A stretch of DNA of 64,000 nucleotides, from NCBI GenBank assembly GCA_964187785.1, contig OZ076409.1:95544001-95608000 (forward strand). The letters run 5' to 3'. Of this stretch, positions 38,150-50,800 are shown in pieces. Position 1 is the first letter of the stretch. Each line of letters starts with the position of its first letter. Source of the stretch: Amphiscolops sp. MND2022. Taxonomy: Eukaryota. The position numbers and the translations under genes were made by a program. The notes beneath the pieces were generated by a model that did not search any database, was not told the origin of the DNA, and saw nothing but the letters and a program-made list of their open reading frames with translations.

Positions 38150-41050
38150 AATAGTGGAATTTTACGAAAAGTGTTTGAGTGGTGAGACCTCAGAGAGAGG
38201 AAGTTGTTTGAGTTTGTTGACAGGACAATTGTAGTCGCCGGTTGATGTCTGGCCTTTACAACTCGAACAAAATTGTCTGTCCCACTATACACTTACACCA
38301 CTTGAGCCAAGAACCATTGTAAGGGAGACCCGTTGTCGTCCATACAACATTACCCACCTTCAGATTGGATCTCTCTATCGTCCATTTGGTTCTTTTCTGG
38401 AAAGTAGATACATTCTCTTTTTCCAACGGTTCCAGAAGTGACATTAGTCGTTTTGGATATGATTCCACGGAGCAGTGGGTGAGCAATGTTTCAAAATTGA
38501 TATCTGGGATAACTGCTCAGTTGGGTAGCATTCCAATTTTGATCCACTTATCAGATTCCCATGAGTCGAAAAGACTCATATTTCGGATCGTCTGAGACTA
38601 ATCCTATGGGTCTTGAATTCGGCACATTTCCCAAGTGACAAAAAAGTGGAGATACATTCAAAACTGAGAACACTTTTGCCCATTATTCGTCTTAGATGTT
38701 TTTTGCATCCTTAATCCCAGCTTCCCACAAACCAACAATAAGTAGTTCGACTGATACTGGGAGTCTAACGAGCTCTGCAAAGGAGCCTTGAAAATTAGAA
38801 TCGTTATCTGAAATATTCGTACAAGAAAATCCCCTCCTCAGTGCGGCACTAAAAGCCTGGGTTGTGAGATCAGAGGCGATCTCCAGGTGGACTGCCCTAC
38901 CGGCAAAGCACACGAATAGAGGTCAGTTTGCTTTTGTGGACTCTCAAGTATCACTTTTACAAAAAAATCGGCTATCATTTGATTTCTTCCACGGACAAAG
39001 TTTAGATGGTCGTCATGAATTGCCAAACTTGTTTGCGGAACTGTCTCAGGGTGCCTCGCTTCGTCAGGCATTTCAGCATGAGCAAATTGACCGCCTACAT
39101 GCAATATGTCATTTTGCAGAAATGGATACAGTTTGAGGATTTTGCTTTTTGTTCTCACTGACTTACCCTCTTTTAGGGATTCAATTTCTTCTGATAATGC
39201 TTTCTCTGCTGTTGATGTACAAGAATTTCGGTAGCTTTCTAAAGTTTTGTAATGAAAGATTGGATTCGTGTTTTGGTTTTACACGTAAGTTTCAGATGAA
39301 TCCTAACCCGCCAGACTGGGGCTTGGATTGCATCCAAATTCTACAGCATGGATGGATCCACCCCTCTGGAGGCTGGATCTGCTGGATTCCCATGTGTTTG
39401 CACATTATTCCGATTTGCTACAAAAGTGGCCCAAACGCTTGGGTCCGAAGATAGCCAGTTCAGCACTATAGTGGACTCGGTCAAAGCGTGTTGTGATTGG
39501 AATTTCACACTCATTTTGTTATGCTTTCGAAAACTGAAATAACTACTTGACATCCCAGAAGGGCTGCGAGCAAAGTTCTAGTCTGGGTATTGATTGCGTT
39601 TTTAGAGGTGCGATTTTGGCTTCTGCATTGAGTAGAGTCGAACTCCGCCAGCCTAATTCATCTTTAGTTACGACAAAGGTACAAGCAGCGTACCCGATCT
39701 GGGAAGCATCACAAAAAAATGCAAGAATATGGTGTCTGATTTTCTTCTTGCGCTGTAATTCTATCTTGTTAAGCGCTTGTATTTTGAATTGCCATTTGAT
39801 ATACGATTATACGATTCCAATGGGTACGAGGGTAGTTTGTCATCCCAGCCGACATTGGTCTGCAAAAAAATTTGCAGGAACTGCTTTAACTTCCGCGTGA
39901 CCGGTGAGAGCCAGTCGAAAGGCTCAAACATTTTCGCGATATAACTAAGAACCTTCTGTTTGGTCATTTGAGCACTGTCGAGCTGTTGTTCTGACGGCTG
40001 AATTTTGAAATTGAATTTATCAAGAGAAAAATTCCATACAAGGCCTAACGTTATAATGGTATGATTTGTGTCCAAAAACTCAAATGACTCATTAGCTTCT
40101 CGAAACTCCGGCGGTAGCGAAAGCGTGATCGACGGATCACTGCAAGTCCACTTTCGGAAGTCAAACTTGTTACGCTCCCACGCGTTGATCAAGCCTTTTC
40201 GATGTTCTTTTGCCGGTTCAACAAACGGAGCTTCCGTCAGAATGTCGTCGATATAAAATTCACGCTTTATAGCCTCTTGAACGTCGTGTGATACATTTGG
40301 TTAACTTCAGCACTCTGTCAATGCTCGAATAGGTTGATAGGAGGCTGCGGCGTTACCGTACAGTACGCTAGTCATGCGAAGAGGCGAAAACTCTTGACTG
40401 ATTGCTATGAACTTGATCGCCAGAATACTCTTCGAAAGTCACGATCTCGTCAATTCAGTTCCACTTGTCGATACGTTTTAGAAATGTCTGCACTCATAGC
40501 TATTCGAAGAATCTAAAGCGCACAAGAACATAGGAGAGGTCATTTTATAACTTCGAACCTACGAGTAGACAGTCAGTCGGAGAACGACTAGATGTTAACC
40601 TTGCGTCAGCGTTGAAGACGACTCTCAATTTCGTCCTTGTGCTGTCTGGTTTATGCACACAATGCTGAGGGAGATAATGACTATTAGAATTTCCTAAAAC
40701 TTCGTTGGGAACCTGTTCCAAGCGACCGACATCAATGGATTCTTGTGTGAATTCAATGTATCTCTTTTTGAGTTCAGTATTGGCATTTAATTTGCGCTCG
40801 AGACTAAAGAAACGCTTCATGGCGCTTGCTCTGTTGCTGATGCCTAGTTTGATGCCACTTGACCGAAACGGAAGCTGGACGACGAACCTGCCATCTGGCT
40901 TCTGAATAGTTGCGTCATTAAAGTGTTTTTCACACGCTGCTTCTTCCGCAGTCAAATGTTTCTTGATTCGTACGTTCTAAAATTCCCAAACTTTCAATAG
41001 GATACCATCCGTGGTCTCCGAGGAAACTACAGTATCTTTGCTACTAATGG
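38150..41050 (-). mobile_element. Heavily decayed BEL/Pao pol remnant
   Basis: Fragments GRFVVQLPF..YLPQHCVHKPDSTRTKLRVVFNA, LGLVWN..KMFEPFDWLSP, VWATFVANR..NPADPASRG, RAVHLEIASDLTT..SDN.SNF, KW..RSNLKVGNVV. Confidence 0.9.
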
Positions 41051-42237
41051 TATAGTCCAATGGGTAGCTCATTGCTTTGCTGTGACCAAACACTACCGGA
41101 TATGCCCCTCAGTTCAGATTTTAGATCTTATTCCTTTGGATCTTAGGCGGTGGAGCTGTCAGGATCTTGTGTGAAGGATGTCCAGTTTTTAAAATTTATT
41201 GATCCAGTTTGTAGAATTTAATGATTCAGTTTGTAGGATAATAATTCTACAAACTGGAGCAACTAGGACCAGTTTGTGGAATTCTACAAACCGGACCTAA
41301 TTCGTCTTGAGATGCAGGTTCGGATCCTGTAATGGATAATTCTCACAATCATGTCGAGATTGGGTTGTTACAATTGTTTAAATCTTTAGAAAAAACGGTA
41401 AGCTGGAGTGACTTTGATTTGTTCCACAGTTGACGTTCTGTGAAAGTCAGTGAACATTCAAATAAGTTTTTCACTTTCGTAACGTTGTATTATCATAGGT
41501 TTTCCGCAAAAATTGCATGAATCGAAATGGTTTATCATATCTACAGCTTTCATACTTTTTCTTTTCCGTATCTGCCCAGTTAGGAAGTTGTAATGTAATT
41601 TTGTATGATTTCTGCTTTTTTGGATGCTCCCTGTTGTAATTAACTCCGTTTGTATGTTGCGTAACACATACAACACGTTTCTAGCGAAAGTTCTGCCGCA
41701 GAACTGTCTCAGCGAGTATTCATTCATTCGTAATCGAAAGGAAGAGCGGTAGTCGGGAAAATATGGACTCGGTTTTTGCTTCAAACATAATGCACCAACT
41801 CCTTTTCGATTATGCTGTCGCGACTGTACTCGTAAAATTATGCTGTACTTGGAAATTTAATCCAGGCTAGGCTCTTCTTGCCTATTATGCTTCCAAGCAA
41901 TGTCGGTATAGAGTCGATGTCCCAGTTTATAGTCGCGTTTCACTTCATGAAGCGCCGAATAAAAACACTGTTTCCAAATTTTCATCACTCAAACAGAAAA
42001 CAGTCAGGGGGCCGAAATATGCGTGTCAATTAAGCGTCTCTGTATAAGATAAGGCTTCCACTGTATAAGAGTTGTTCCTTTTTTATAAGGCTTCCACTGT
42101 ATAAGAGTTGTTCCTTTTTTAGCATAACATACAAAACTGGACGAGACTAAAGAGTCGCCCTTTTCGGTTCTTTGGCATTGTGAGATTTTCAATTTTTTTT
42201 TCACCGAAGGTCCCCTCTTCAATTTTTTTGATGGTTT

Positions 42238-45200
42238 TTTTAAAACAGGTTGGGTAGGAATGAAGAACTGAATTGAGATTGATTAGTTATGATCAGACTT
42301 GGTTTATCTATTTACAATTGCATTTGATAGTAGAAGTGTTTCAGCATCTGGTATATATAGCACCGCGACAGGTACCTGTCAGTCAACAGAAAATGTGTCG
42401 TATCAAGAGATGTCTGTTGCATCCCACAAACAGGTACATGAATGTGCGGCATCAAAAGTTGTGTGTACGAAGTCATCTGGCAGGTTCTTGAACCCACCCG
42501 AGGGGTCGTGGTTCATCATTCGATCATTCACGCCTTGCGAGACGGATGGCAAACGTGACACCGCGACATTGCCGACAGACGATCAAGGTGTTGTTGCGTC
42601 TTCGTCTTACCTAGTCCCTTTCTGAAAATCTCAGCGCAAATGTCACCACTGGTTGCGAACTTCAGATCAACCGACTGATACTTTACCGTCTCCCGCACAT
42701 AGTCCATACGAGTTGCAAAGTGTTTCGTCTTTGCGCTGTTGTCATCTCTGGTAGCTAATGCTAAGCTCGACTGACTGTCCGTGAACAAGGTTGTCGCTAC
42801 TGATTCCCAAGTGTATCCAGAAGCCCCCGCAAATGCACCGCTTATTTTACGGCTTCGCTCAAGGCATGAAGTTCAGCCTCGGTGGTTGAAGTTGCTACAC
42901 ACGTTTGTCGTCTAGCAGCCCACGAGATTGCCTCGCTACCCACATTGAAGCAGAAACCAGTGTTGCTTCGTCTATCGTCCTCGAAGCTGGCATAGTCTGA
43001 TTCCGTGTACCAGTTTAGGCCTGTATCATCGTACTTCATGAAAGTCAATTGTGCCTCTGAGCTAGCGTAACACGTGCTTCGCTGCTTGCCAGTGAGCAAA
43101 TCCATGGTTGCTAAGAAATCGAGACAGTAAGTTGGCCGGAACGCCAGGTCAGGTCGAGTGGACAGTGAAAGGTAAGCAAGGCTACCCACTAGGCCTCTGT
43201 AGTCTTGTCTCAACATTAGCTGTTGCTCATCCGATCCGTCTTCTGGCATTTGATACTTCTTCAGCTCCAGCTTGTCTGCGAAAGGCGTTGAAGCTGCCTT
43301 GCACTCGACCTTACCAACATCGCGAAGTGGGTTGCTCACATACACCTGATGCTTTATTATCAGCGAACCGTCACCAAACGTGCAGGAAATTCCCAACAAC
43401 TACGTCAGAGGACAGCTCTCGCCAATGTTGAATCGCTCACTCATCTTCTCATTGAACCACGTGGTAAATTGACTGTCAGTTGACCCGTAAAAAATATCAT
43501 CCACCCAGACCACTATCCAGCACTTGTGACCATTTCTCGTCAGAGTCACCAAGCAAGACTCGTGAACTGATGCCATGAAGTTGAGCTCAATCAGATGAGA
43601 AGGCAGACACTCAAACCAATTGCGCCCCGACAGCTTCAGCCCATAGAGTGACCGCTTAAGCTTGCAAACCATCTGCTTGCCCTTTTGGTACCCTCTGGCC
43701 GCTCCTTGTAGATCTCTTCTTGAATTGGTGCGTCAGGTATGCTGTCTTTATGTCCATCTGATTGAAATGCATACCCAGCGTCACCCCACATGCCAGGGCA
43801 GTTCTGAGTGTAGACAGCTACGCCGTTGGTGAGTAGGTGTCGTGCAAATCAATGCCCGGCGTCTGAGTGAACCACGTTGCCACGAATCGTGTCTTGTACT
43901 TTACCATGTTCCTTCGTCATCTAGTTTGTGAGCAAAAAGCCACTGTCTGCTGATGATGCCCTGTCCTGGTGGTGGCTTGACCAGCTCCCAGGTACCATTT
44001 TCTTCGAGGTATTTGAACTCCCTGTCCATCGCTGCTTTCCAGTTGGGATCCGCCAGAACGTCTGCTGTGCTGCTTGGATAGCCATTTTGTTTCTCCAATT
44101 TGTTCCTTGTCACATAGTCGCAGAAGTGTTTAGGCGCCCTTCGAGTCCTTCACGAAATCTGGTTGTCGTCTGCTGCTCTGCTGTTGTACTGTCTCTAACA
44201 TTGAACATTGGGTGTCTCTTCAACTGGGATGTCTTCTTCAGATTCGACCTGGATTGCATGGGTCTTCGTAGATGTGGGCTCGCATTGTTCATCGATACCC
44301 ATTTTCAGATCATTAACATCTTATTGAGATTATCGTCCTCGCTTTCCTCTTGGGTGACTGCAGATTCACGTTGATACGGAAATTCATCGTCGTTGAAGTT
44401 GACGTTTTGTGACAGCCAGACCTTTTGTGCCCATGTCTCTGACCCGTCTGTTGATGCCCCCATATATGCCTTGGAGTTTCCCGAGTACCCCAGTAGTATA
44501 GCTTCCCGTGCCTTGCTCTCCCGTCTCTTCCTGACTTCGTTGAGGACAAACGATTGGCACACAAACACATGAAGATGTGAAAGGTCAGACTTGCTTCCGT
44601 GAAACATCTCAAAAGAGGTCTTGCCAATCGGAGTCGATTGATCGATTCTTCAGGCAGATGGCAGTTGAAAGAGCAAAAGGACAGAACTGTTTTGCGACCC
44701 CGCAGGTGCCATCATGCATCGCGTCGTGCCAGTCACAGTGACCCTTGCTCGCTCCAATTTGCCGTTTTCTTCAGGTGTGTAGGGAGCCGAGAACTCCTGT
44801 TTGATTCCAGTGGATGTGCATAAATCACTGAACTGCTTTGACTTGCAGTCGAGAGCCTCGTCTGACACCAACGTGCCAGGCCTACCAATATCGACGATAT
44901 AATATCGTTGTAACTTTGTGTTGACCTCATTCTTTGACTTCATTGGGTATACTGCGCCGAAACGGCTGTAACTGTCGATGAAGCCCACTGCATAGTGAAA
45001 ACCCTCGTGGGACTCCTGCTTAATCGGTCCGAGCACGTCTCTGTGAACGATAGCCAGATTCGTTTCCACTCGAGTGCCCCACGTCTTCGGAATGGATACC
45101 AGCTTCGCCTTCACGGTACGTCAGATGTTGCAGTTCGTCTTCTTCTCAGAGCCAAAGATGTTCATGCCCATGGCCTTGTGCTGCAACTTTGCCACATCAT

Positions 45201-46799
45201 GCAAGTTGTTGTGCAATGTCACTCTATGCCAGTGCTTGATAGAGTGAGACATCATTGCCAGTGAACTCGTCTCCACATGTTGAGCCACCCAGCAAAACCG
45301 TTTCATTGGGCATCTTGATGGTTGGGTCGTCATTGAACTGGATCATTGCCCCCTTGTCCATCAATCGCTTGACTGGCACCAGATTCCTCGCGTAGGATGG
45401 CATCCCTCAGTTCTAGTAGACAAGAACGGCCCGTTTTGACCTTCACAAAGCATCGAACTGTCCCGTGTCCTCTGATCTCTGAACGACTGCTGTTAGCGTT
45501 GCATACGTCTCTCAGAAAACCATCATCCAGATCAGTGAAGAGCTCTTTGTTCTTGATCATGAAGCCGTTTTACCCAGAGTCAATGAGAAGCTCAATGCTC
45601 CTCTTGTCGTAGCAACCAGCCCTGAAACCCCCGATGAATTTTTGATAGATCGACCCGAGCCTCATCCTCCACCAGAGCTCCTTTGATGTCCCTTCCTGCA
45701 AAATGAAGCCAGTTGTCCCTCTGACCACAGTTGAAGCAAATCCTCGTCCCCCGACTGTGGCAGTCCTTAGCTCGGTGCCCCATCTTTCCACAATTGAAGC
45801 ACTGTAAAAGGCTTCTTCGCGGCTCAGTGAAAGGAAACAGAGAGATCCCTGGTTGCTGCGAAGTTGACCAGCTCCTGCTTCATCTCGTAGTACCCCATTG
45901 CTGTGCCGAAATTGAGGACTGCCAACACACTGTCAAAGTCACTTGGAAGACCCTTGAGAATCATCGCTGTGAATAGAGCTTCTGAGAACACTTCCCCCAC
46001 CTGATCCAGTTTGAGCCCTCCTGCTTTGGTGAGGTAGTCAGTCACCTTCTCCCCTGTTGTCATCTTAAGACCAGTGAGCTGTGTCATCAGTGATCGAACA
46101 CGAGGCCGTTCAGTTGATTTCTGGAGCTAGGTCAAAGCTGTCCAGGCTGCAGTCCCATTCGGCTTTTGCCCTCTGATGAAGTTGATGCTTGCCTTGTCAA
46201 GGCACTGAACCAACTCGCACCACACCATGTACTGGAGTTTGGCTAAATCTGCTTCATTCCCTTCTTCCTCTCGCTTGACAGGTTCGTCTTTCGTCTCCAC
46301 GTCTTTTTGAGGTGTTCCTTTGGTTCTGTCCAAAAGGCAGTCAAAAACCTCAGTGCTTCGAATTGCTCCAGAAAAGTGGGGAAGTCATCCTCTCGTCCAC
46401 TGAACAGCTGCTTCTCTTGTCGAGAGTGTCGTGGTGCTTGTCGAGAGTGTCGTGGTGCCGTCGCCGTCATCGTGATCTGCGCTGCTGAGGCTGTGATCAG
46501 CTAAGTAGATGGCGTCGTCTGAGAAGCTGCTGGGCACATAACCTTTCAAAACAGAATGGGTAGGAATGAAGAACTGAATTGAGATTGATTAGTTATGATC
46601 AGACTCGGTTTATCTAATTACAATTGCAATTGAGGGTAGAAGTGTTTTAGAATCGGATATATATAGCACCGCGAGAGGTACCTGTCAGTCAACAAAACTG
46701 TGCGGAGTCAAGAGTTGTCTGTTGTATCGCACAAACAGGTATATAAATGTGTGGCATCAAACGTTGTGTGTGCGATGTCATCTGGCAGGTACTAGAACC
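42238..46799 (-). mobile_element. Decayed full-length Ty1/Copia LTR retrotransposon
   Basis: ~256-bp LTRs (46544-46799 and 42238-42494). Copia-type PBS GGTTATGTGCCCAG on the minus strand (46530-46543). Fragments in Copia order: gag, zinc knuckle CFNCG..GHRAKDC, protease LIDSG, integrase VHRDVLGP..FIDSYSRF, RT KLKRSLYGLK..VWVDD, RNase H STTEAE..TKHF. Many frameshifts. Confidence 0.95.
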
Positions 46800-46829
46800 T
46801 AAGGAACTACCCAAATTGTAGTCTAGGAA

Positions 46830-47795
46830 CTGGCCCCGATCAAGTTCCTGGTATTGTTATTCGTGCAGTTTCTAACAAACTGAGTGCTCACTTTTTGAAG
46901 TTGGTACAGCATATAATTTCAACCTGCGAATACCCGGAGTGTTGGAAGCTGATCGATATCAAACCCTTCCATGAAAAAGGCAGTACAAAAAGTTTTGAAA
47001 ACTATCGCTCCGTTGCCAGTCGATTAAAACTGTCTTTCTGCTTGGAGAGATTACTGTTCTCAAAGCTGTATCCAATTTTGGTGTCTCAAATTTTCAATAA
47101 CCAACGTGGTTTTTCGAAACGGAAGTCTACATCAACTCAACTCCTCGTCCAATTGAATTTTCTCCAGGACGCTTTTGAAAATAGAGCAGATATTTAAACC
47201 CTGTATCTGGACTTTTTAAAAGCATTCGACATAGTATGTCATCGAAAATTTCTGAAAAAACTACAAACTTTCGGCATTGGTGGTAACTTGCTGAAGTTGC
47301 TGAGTTCCTACCTCCAAAACCGAAGCAAGTGGGTAATTGTCAATGAATATGCCTCAGAGTTTAAAAGTATTACGGGTGGAGTCCCGCAAGGCTCAATTTT
47401 GGGGCCTCTATTATTCAAAATTTCAATAATACTTAACCAGATTGCTGCACAAATTCTCACGTTTTCATATTTGCAGATGATACAAAGTTAACAACGAAAT
47501 GCCCTTATGAACTTCAAAATGATTTTTTTGACCATATGTTTGGGCATTTGAAAATAAAATGGTTTTTAATGCTGATAAAACAAAGCTCATATGGTTCTCT
47601 TTGAAAACGCCAGATGTAAAGGAACAACCAATATTAGTCTTCGAGGATGAAGACGTTTCATTCTCATTCGAACCGGTCAAAGATCTGGGTTTCCTTTTTG
47701 GTTCAACTCTCCCCTGGACCCTCCATATTGAAAAAAAATACATGATGCCTATGGCCGTTTTATCAATCTCAAAAGAAGTCTCTCAAAGCTTATCT
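46830..47795 (+). mobile_element. Non-LTR (LINE; CR1/Jockey-like) reverse transcriptase fragment
   Basis: GPDQVP, ENYRSV, NQRGF..KSTSTQL, LDFLKAFD, GVPQGSILGPLLF, FADD motifs across frameshifts. Confidence 0.9.
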
Positions 47796-47801
47796 CAAGC
47801 A

Positions 47802-50800
47802 GGCATATGCCCTTTTTGCCGAATCCCATTTTGCCGAATCCCATTTTGCCGAATCCCACTTTGCCGAAAGCATGGGACGTTTTTCCAAATTTTTTTCGGC
47901 AAAGTGGGCATCGAAAGTCGGCAAAGTGGGCAAGGCAGTTGTCTACATCTGCAAAAACAGACTTTTAAGTCTATAAACTGATTAAAAGTAAAAAAACGTG
48001 TCTCGGATAAGTCCCCATTTCCTCTAGTGCCCCGCGGCCCCTTGGGGCCGCTTTTGTTCCCATCTTGCTAAGCGAGGTGAGGGCGAGCGTGTGTAGTGAA
48101 AAAGCGCTTAGCGTTTGTTCGCTACACAGGGTGAAGGAACTGATGCCATGGATTAAGATTCGGGAATAATCACCATAACTCCAGTCCATTTTGTCCTCCT
48201 AAGGAAGCCGGTCCCGAGGAGGGGGAACTGTCTCTAGGGATGCTCTTCGGCCTGTTCCAGTCTGTTACTGCTGAGAATAACGGGCATTATGCTTTTTCTC
48301 TTCATAACCGCCGTCTAGACAGCCTTTAAAATCATTGCTTAGGATAAACAGTGTAAATTTCCATTCCAGGGTGAAATTCCAGGGTGACATGTGAATAAGG
48401 TCTGAAATGGGTACTAAGATCTAAACTGCGAGAACTAGCGCATGTGCTAGCTAAAAACAATAGAAACACATCAAAATAGGCACGAATAGGCCAACCACAC
48501 AGCTACAAGCTGGGGCGCAGATACTCCAAGCACCGAAAAAGGATAAATAAGCGAAAAGACGCATTTTTCCGGTTCTTGCTACTTTGGGTAGCATAATGCT
48601 GAAAATCGGTAAAAACCGGAGTTAGCACCTCAAAAAGAGTCTATTCATAGGTTTTTTAGCGCATGGGCTTCTACACTCCGTGTTCCCGTTCGGTCGACTC
48701 CGCGGGCGGCTTGCTTCGTCTTCTGAACTGATTTTTGACAGGTACTTTGGCCAAAACATGCTCAATTTGCCACGTCAGATTTGAACGAATTTTTGGTCGA
48801 TTTTTCTGAAAACTCGTTGTACCACAGGCTTCCGTTTCATCCACTCCCCGGGTCTTAGGCATGACGTCCCTGTCAAGCGGAGAAGCTGGAAACATCTCCA
48901 CATCATTGCAATCCACTGGGTGTTCAAACTGATGTTTTTTGCAATGTTCCAGTGGCACTGTCATTTTTCACTGATTGGGCAACCTTGAGGTCTTGCTTCT
49001 TGCAATCCAGGAACCTGCATCGTCCACAAACTGTTGAAACAGAGCAAGCCCTCGAGTTAGAAAAAAGTACTCAAAAATGCACCTTGAAATTGATCAAATC
49101 CCAAAAAAAGCACCAATTTGTTAGCACAAGTTTTTTTGCACCAAATTTGAAATGGATCTTTCTAGCACAATGGTTGTTTGGACGTCTAAAAATTCTTTTT
49201 CGGAGTCCTCGACTCCAAAACGCACGTGGTTCTCATGGAAAACTTCTTTTCCGGGGCAGTAAAAATCCAGTTTCCAGAAAGTTAAAAGATGTTCTCGTAA
49301 AACTTCTTCTCGGCGGAAAAACCACTGTTTAAAAAGAAAACAAGCTGTTTTTTCGATAGTTTTTGTTCACAGTTTGGCTTGGTTTGGGCAACACGAACTG
49401 ATGTGAAGCTCCATACCTGTGAAGAGTTCAGTAGCATCGGTTAAGCTGCGTATAAGCAAACTACGAACTGCTCGCGAGTGTAAGCACTGGAATGAAGTAG
49501 GCCAGAGTAGACAAAATCCAGCAATTAAGATTTTTGGAACGCGCGAGCTCCACAATTTTTGGGGGTCACGTTGAAACTAGGAGGAAAAATTGAAAACCTT
49601 GGGGAAATTTTACGCACAAACGATAATAGCTCCTTTTGGGCGAAGCAATACACGTTGAGCTTTTAGAGTTTCTGGGGTACGCATTGAATTGACAGAAGTT
49701 TTTGAACTCAAACTTCTCAAGTAGTACTAAAAACAAAAATGTCGCGACGTACGTTCACATGACTACTAAAGTTACGAATTAAAGTAGCAAAAAAGTTGCT
49801 CCAATAAGAACATCACGCTGCAAGGTGTCCGTTGCCAAACGTAGTGGTATCCTCCGGGCGTTGTCCCATTGAGTTAAAGAGTGTAGGGTGTTTTTCCTCA
49901 ACTGAGGCTCCCCGGGCCTTAGTGGACTCACCGGGTCTTAGTCATTGAGCACCCTCCTTGATATGAGGATAGCAGGAATTAGACAAAAATAATGCCCAAA
50001 ACCCAAAATGCATAACGATAAATTGGGTCTTGAACGCGAGCTTGGATAGTTATTCGGCGGGCGGCCACGGCTATGTCCCTTCGGTCGGTGTGACCATGAC
50101 AGTAGAAGGGTTTCCGCAGGTGAGCGTGGTAGACGACCATGACGACGTCCGTCATAAAAAGATAGGAGCACTTTTTGCCATGAGTGCTCACAAGGAGTGC
50201 GCGGTGGTCGGCCACGTCTGTGTCCAGCTGGTCGAGTTTCAGCTGAACGACCAGGCAAGCCTCTGACGGAGATTGATGGGTTTGCCAAAATAATATTCTA
50301 CAGACCATGTTTGGCAGAACGTGGCACAATAGATTCTTTCAACAAATCCGGCAGCAACTTCGAAATTAATAATGGGGACTTTGTTCCAGGGAAGTGGGAG
50401 TCGCAAACCAAATCCATTGGAGTTGTCGATAGGTGATTTTGAAGAAAGTTTGGTGTTGGTGCTGTTTCAGCTTCCAACACAGCATTGGCAGATATAATCC
50501 TCGTTCCGCAATTTGTTGCAGAGCAAGAATTTGGAGTTGAGGGTACCCTCTCTCCTTCAATGATGAAGTGGAGGGTAAGGTTGTAACAGCTCATCTTCCG
50601 TATCACTTGTGCAGGGATTGCCCTCGAGCAATCCATAATCAGCAAGGTAATAAATGGGTAGCGTATCAGCACTGCCCATGGTTGTACTGTCCAAAAACAT
50701 TGGTCTACCCCCATATCTTTTGTAGGCTGTGTCATTGGTTCTACTTCGGAGTCGTTTGGAATATTGATAGTGGCACTTTCGAAGTGTACTGCTACACTTA

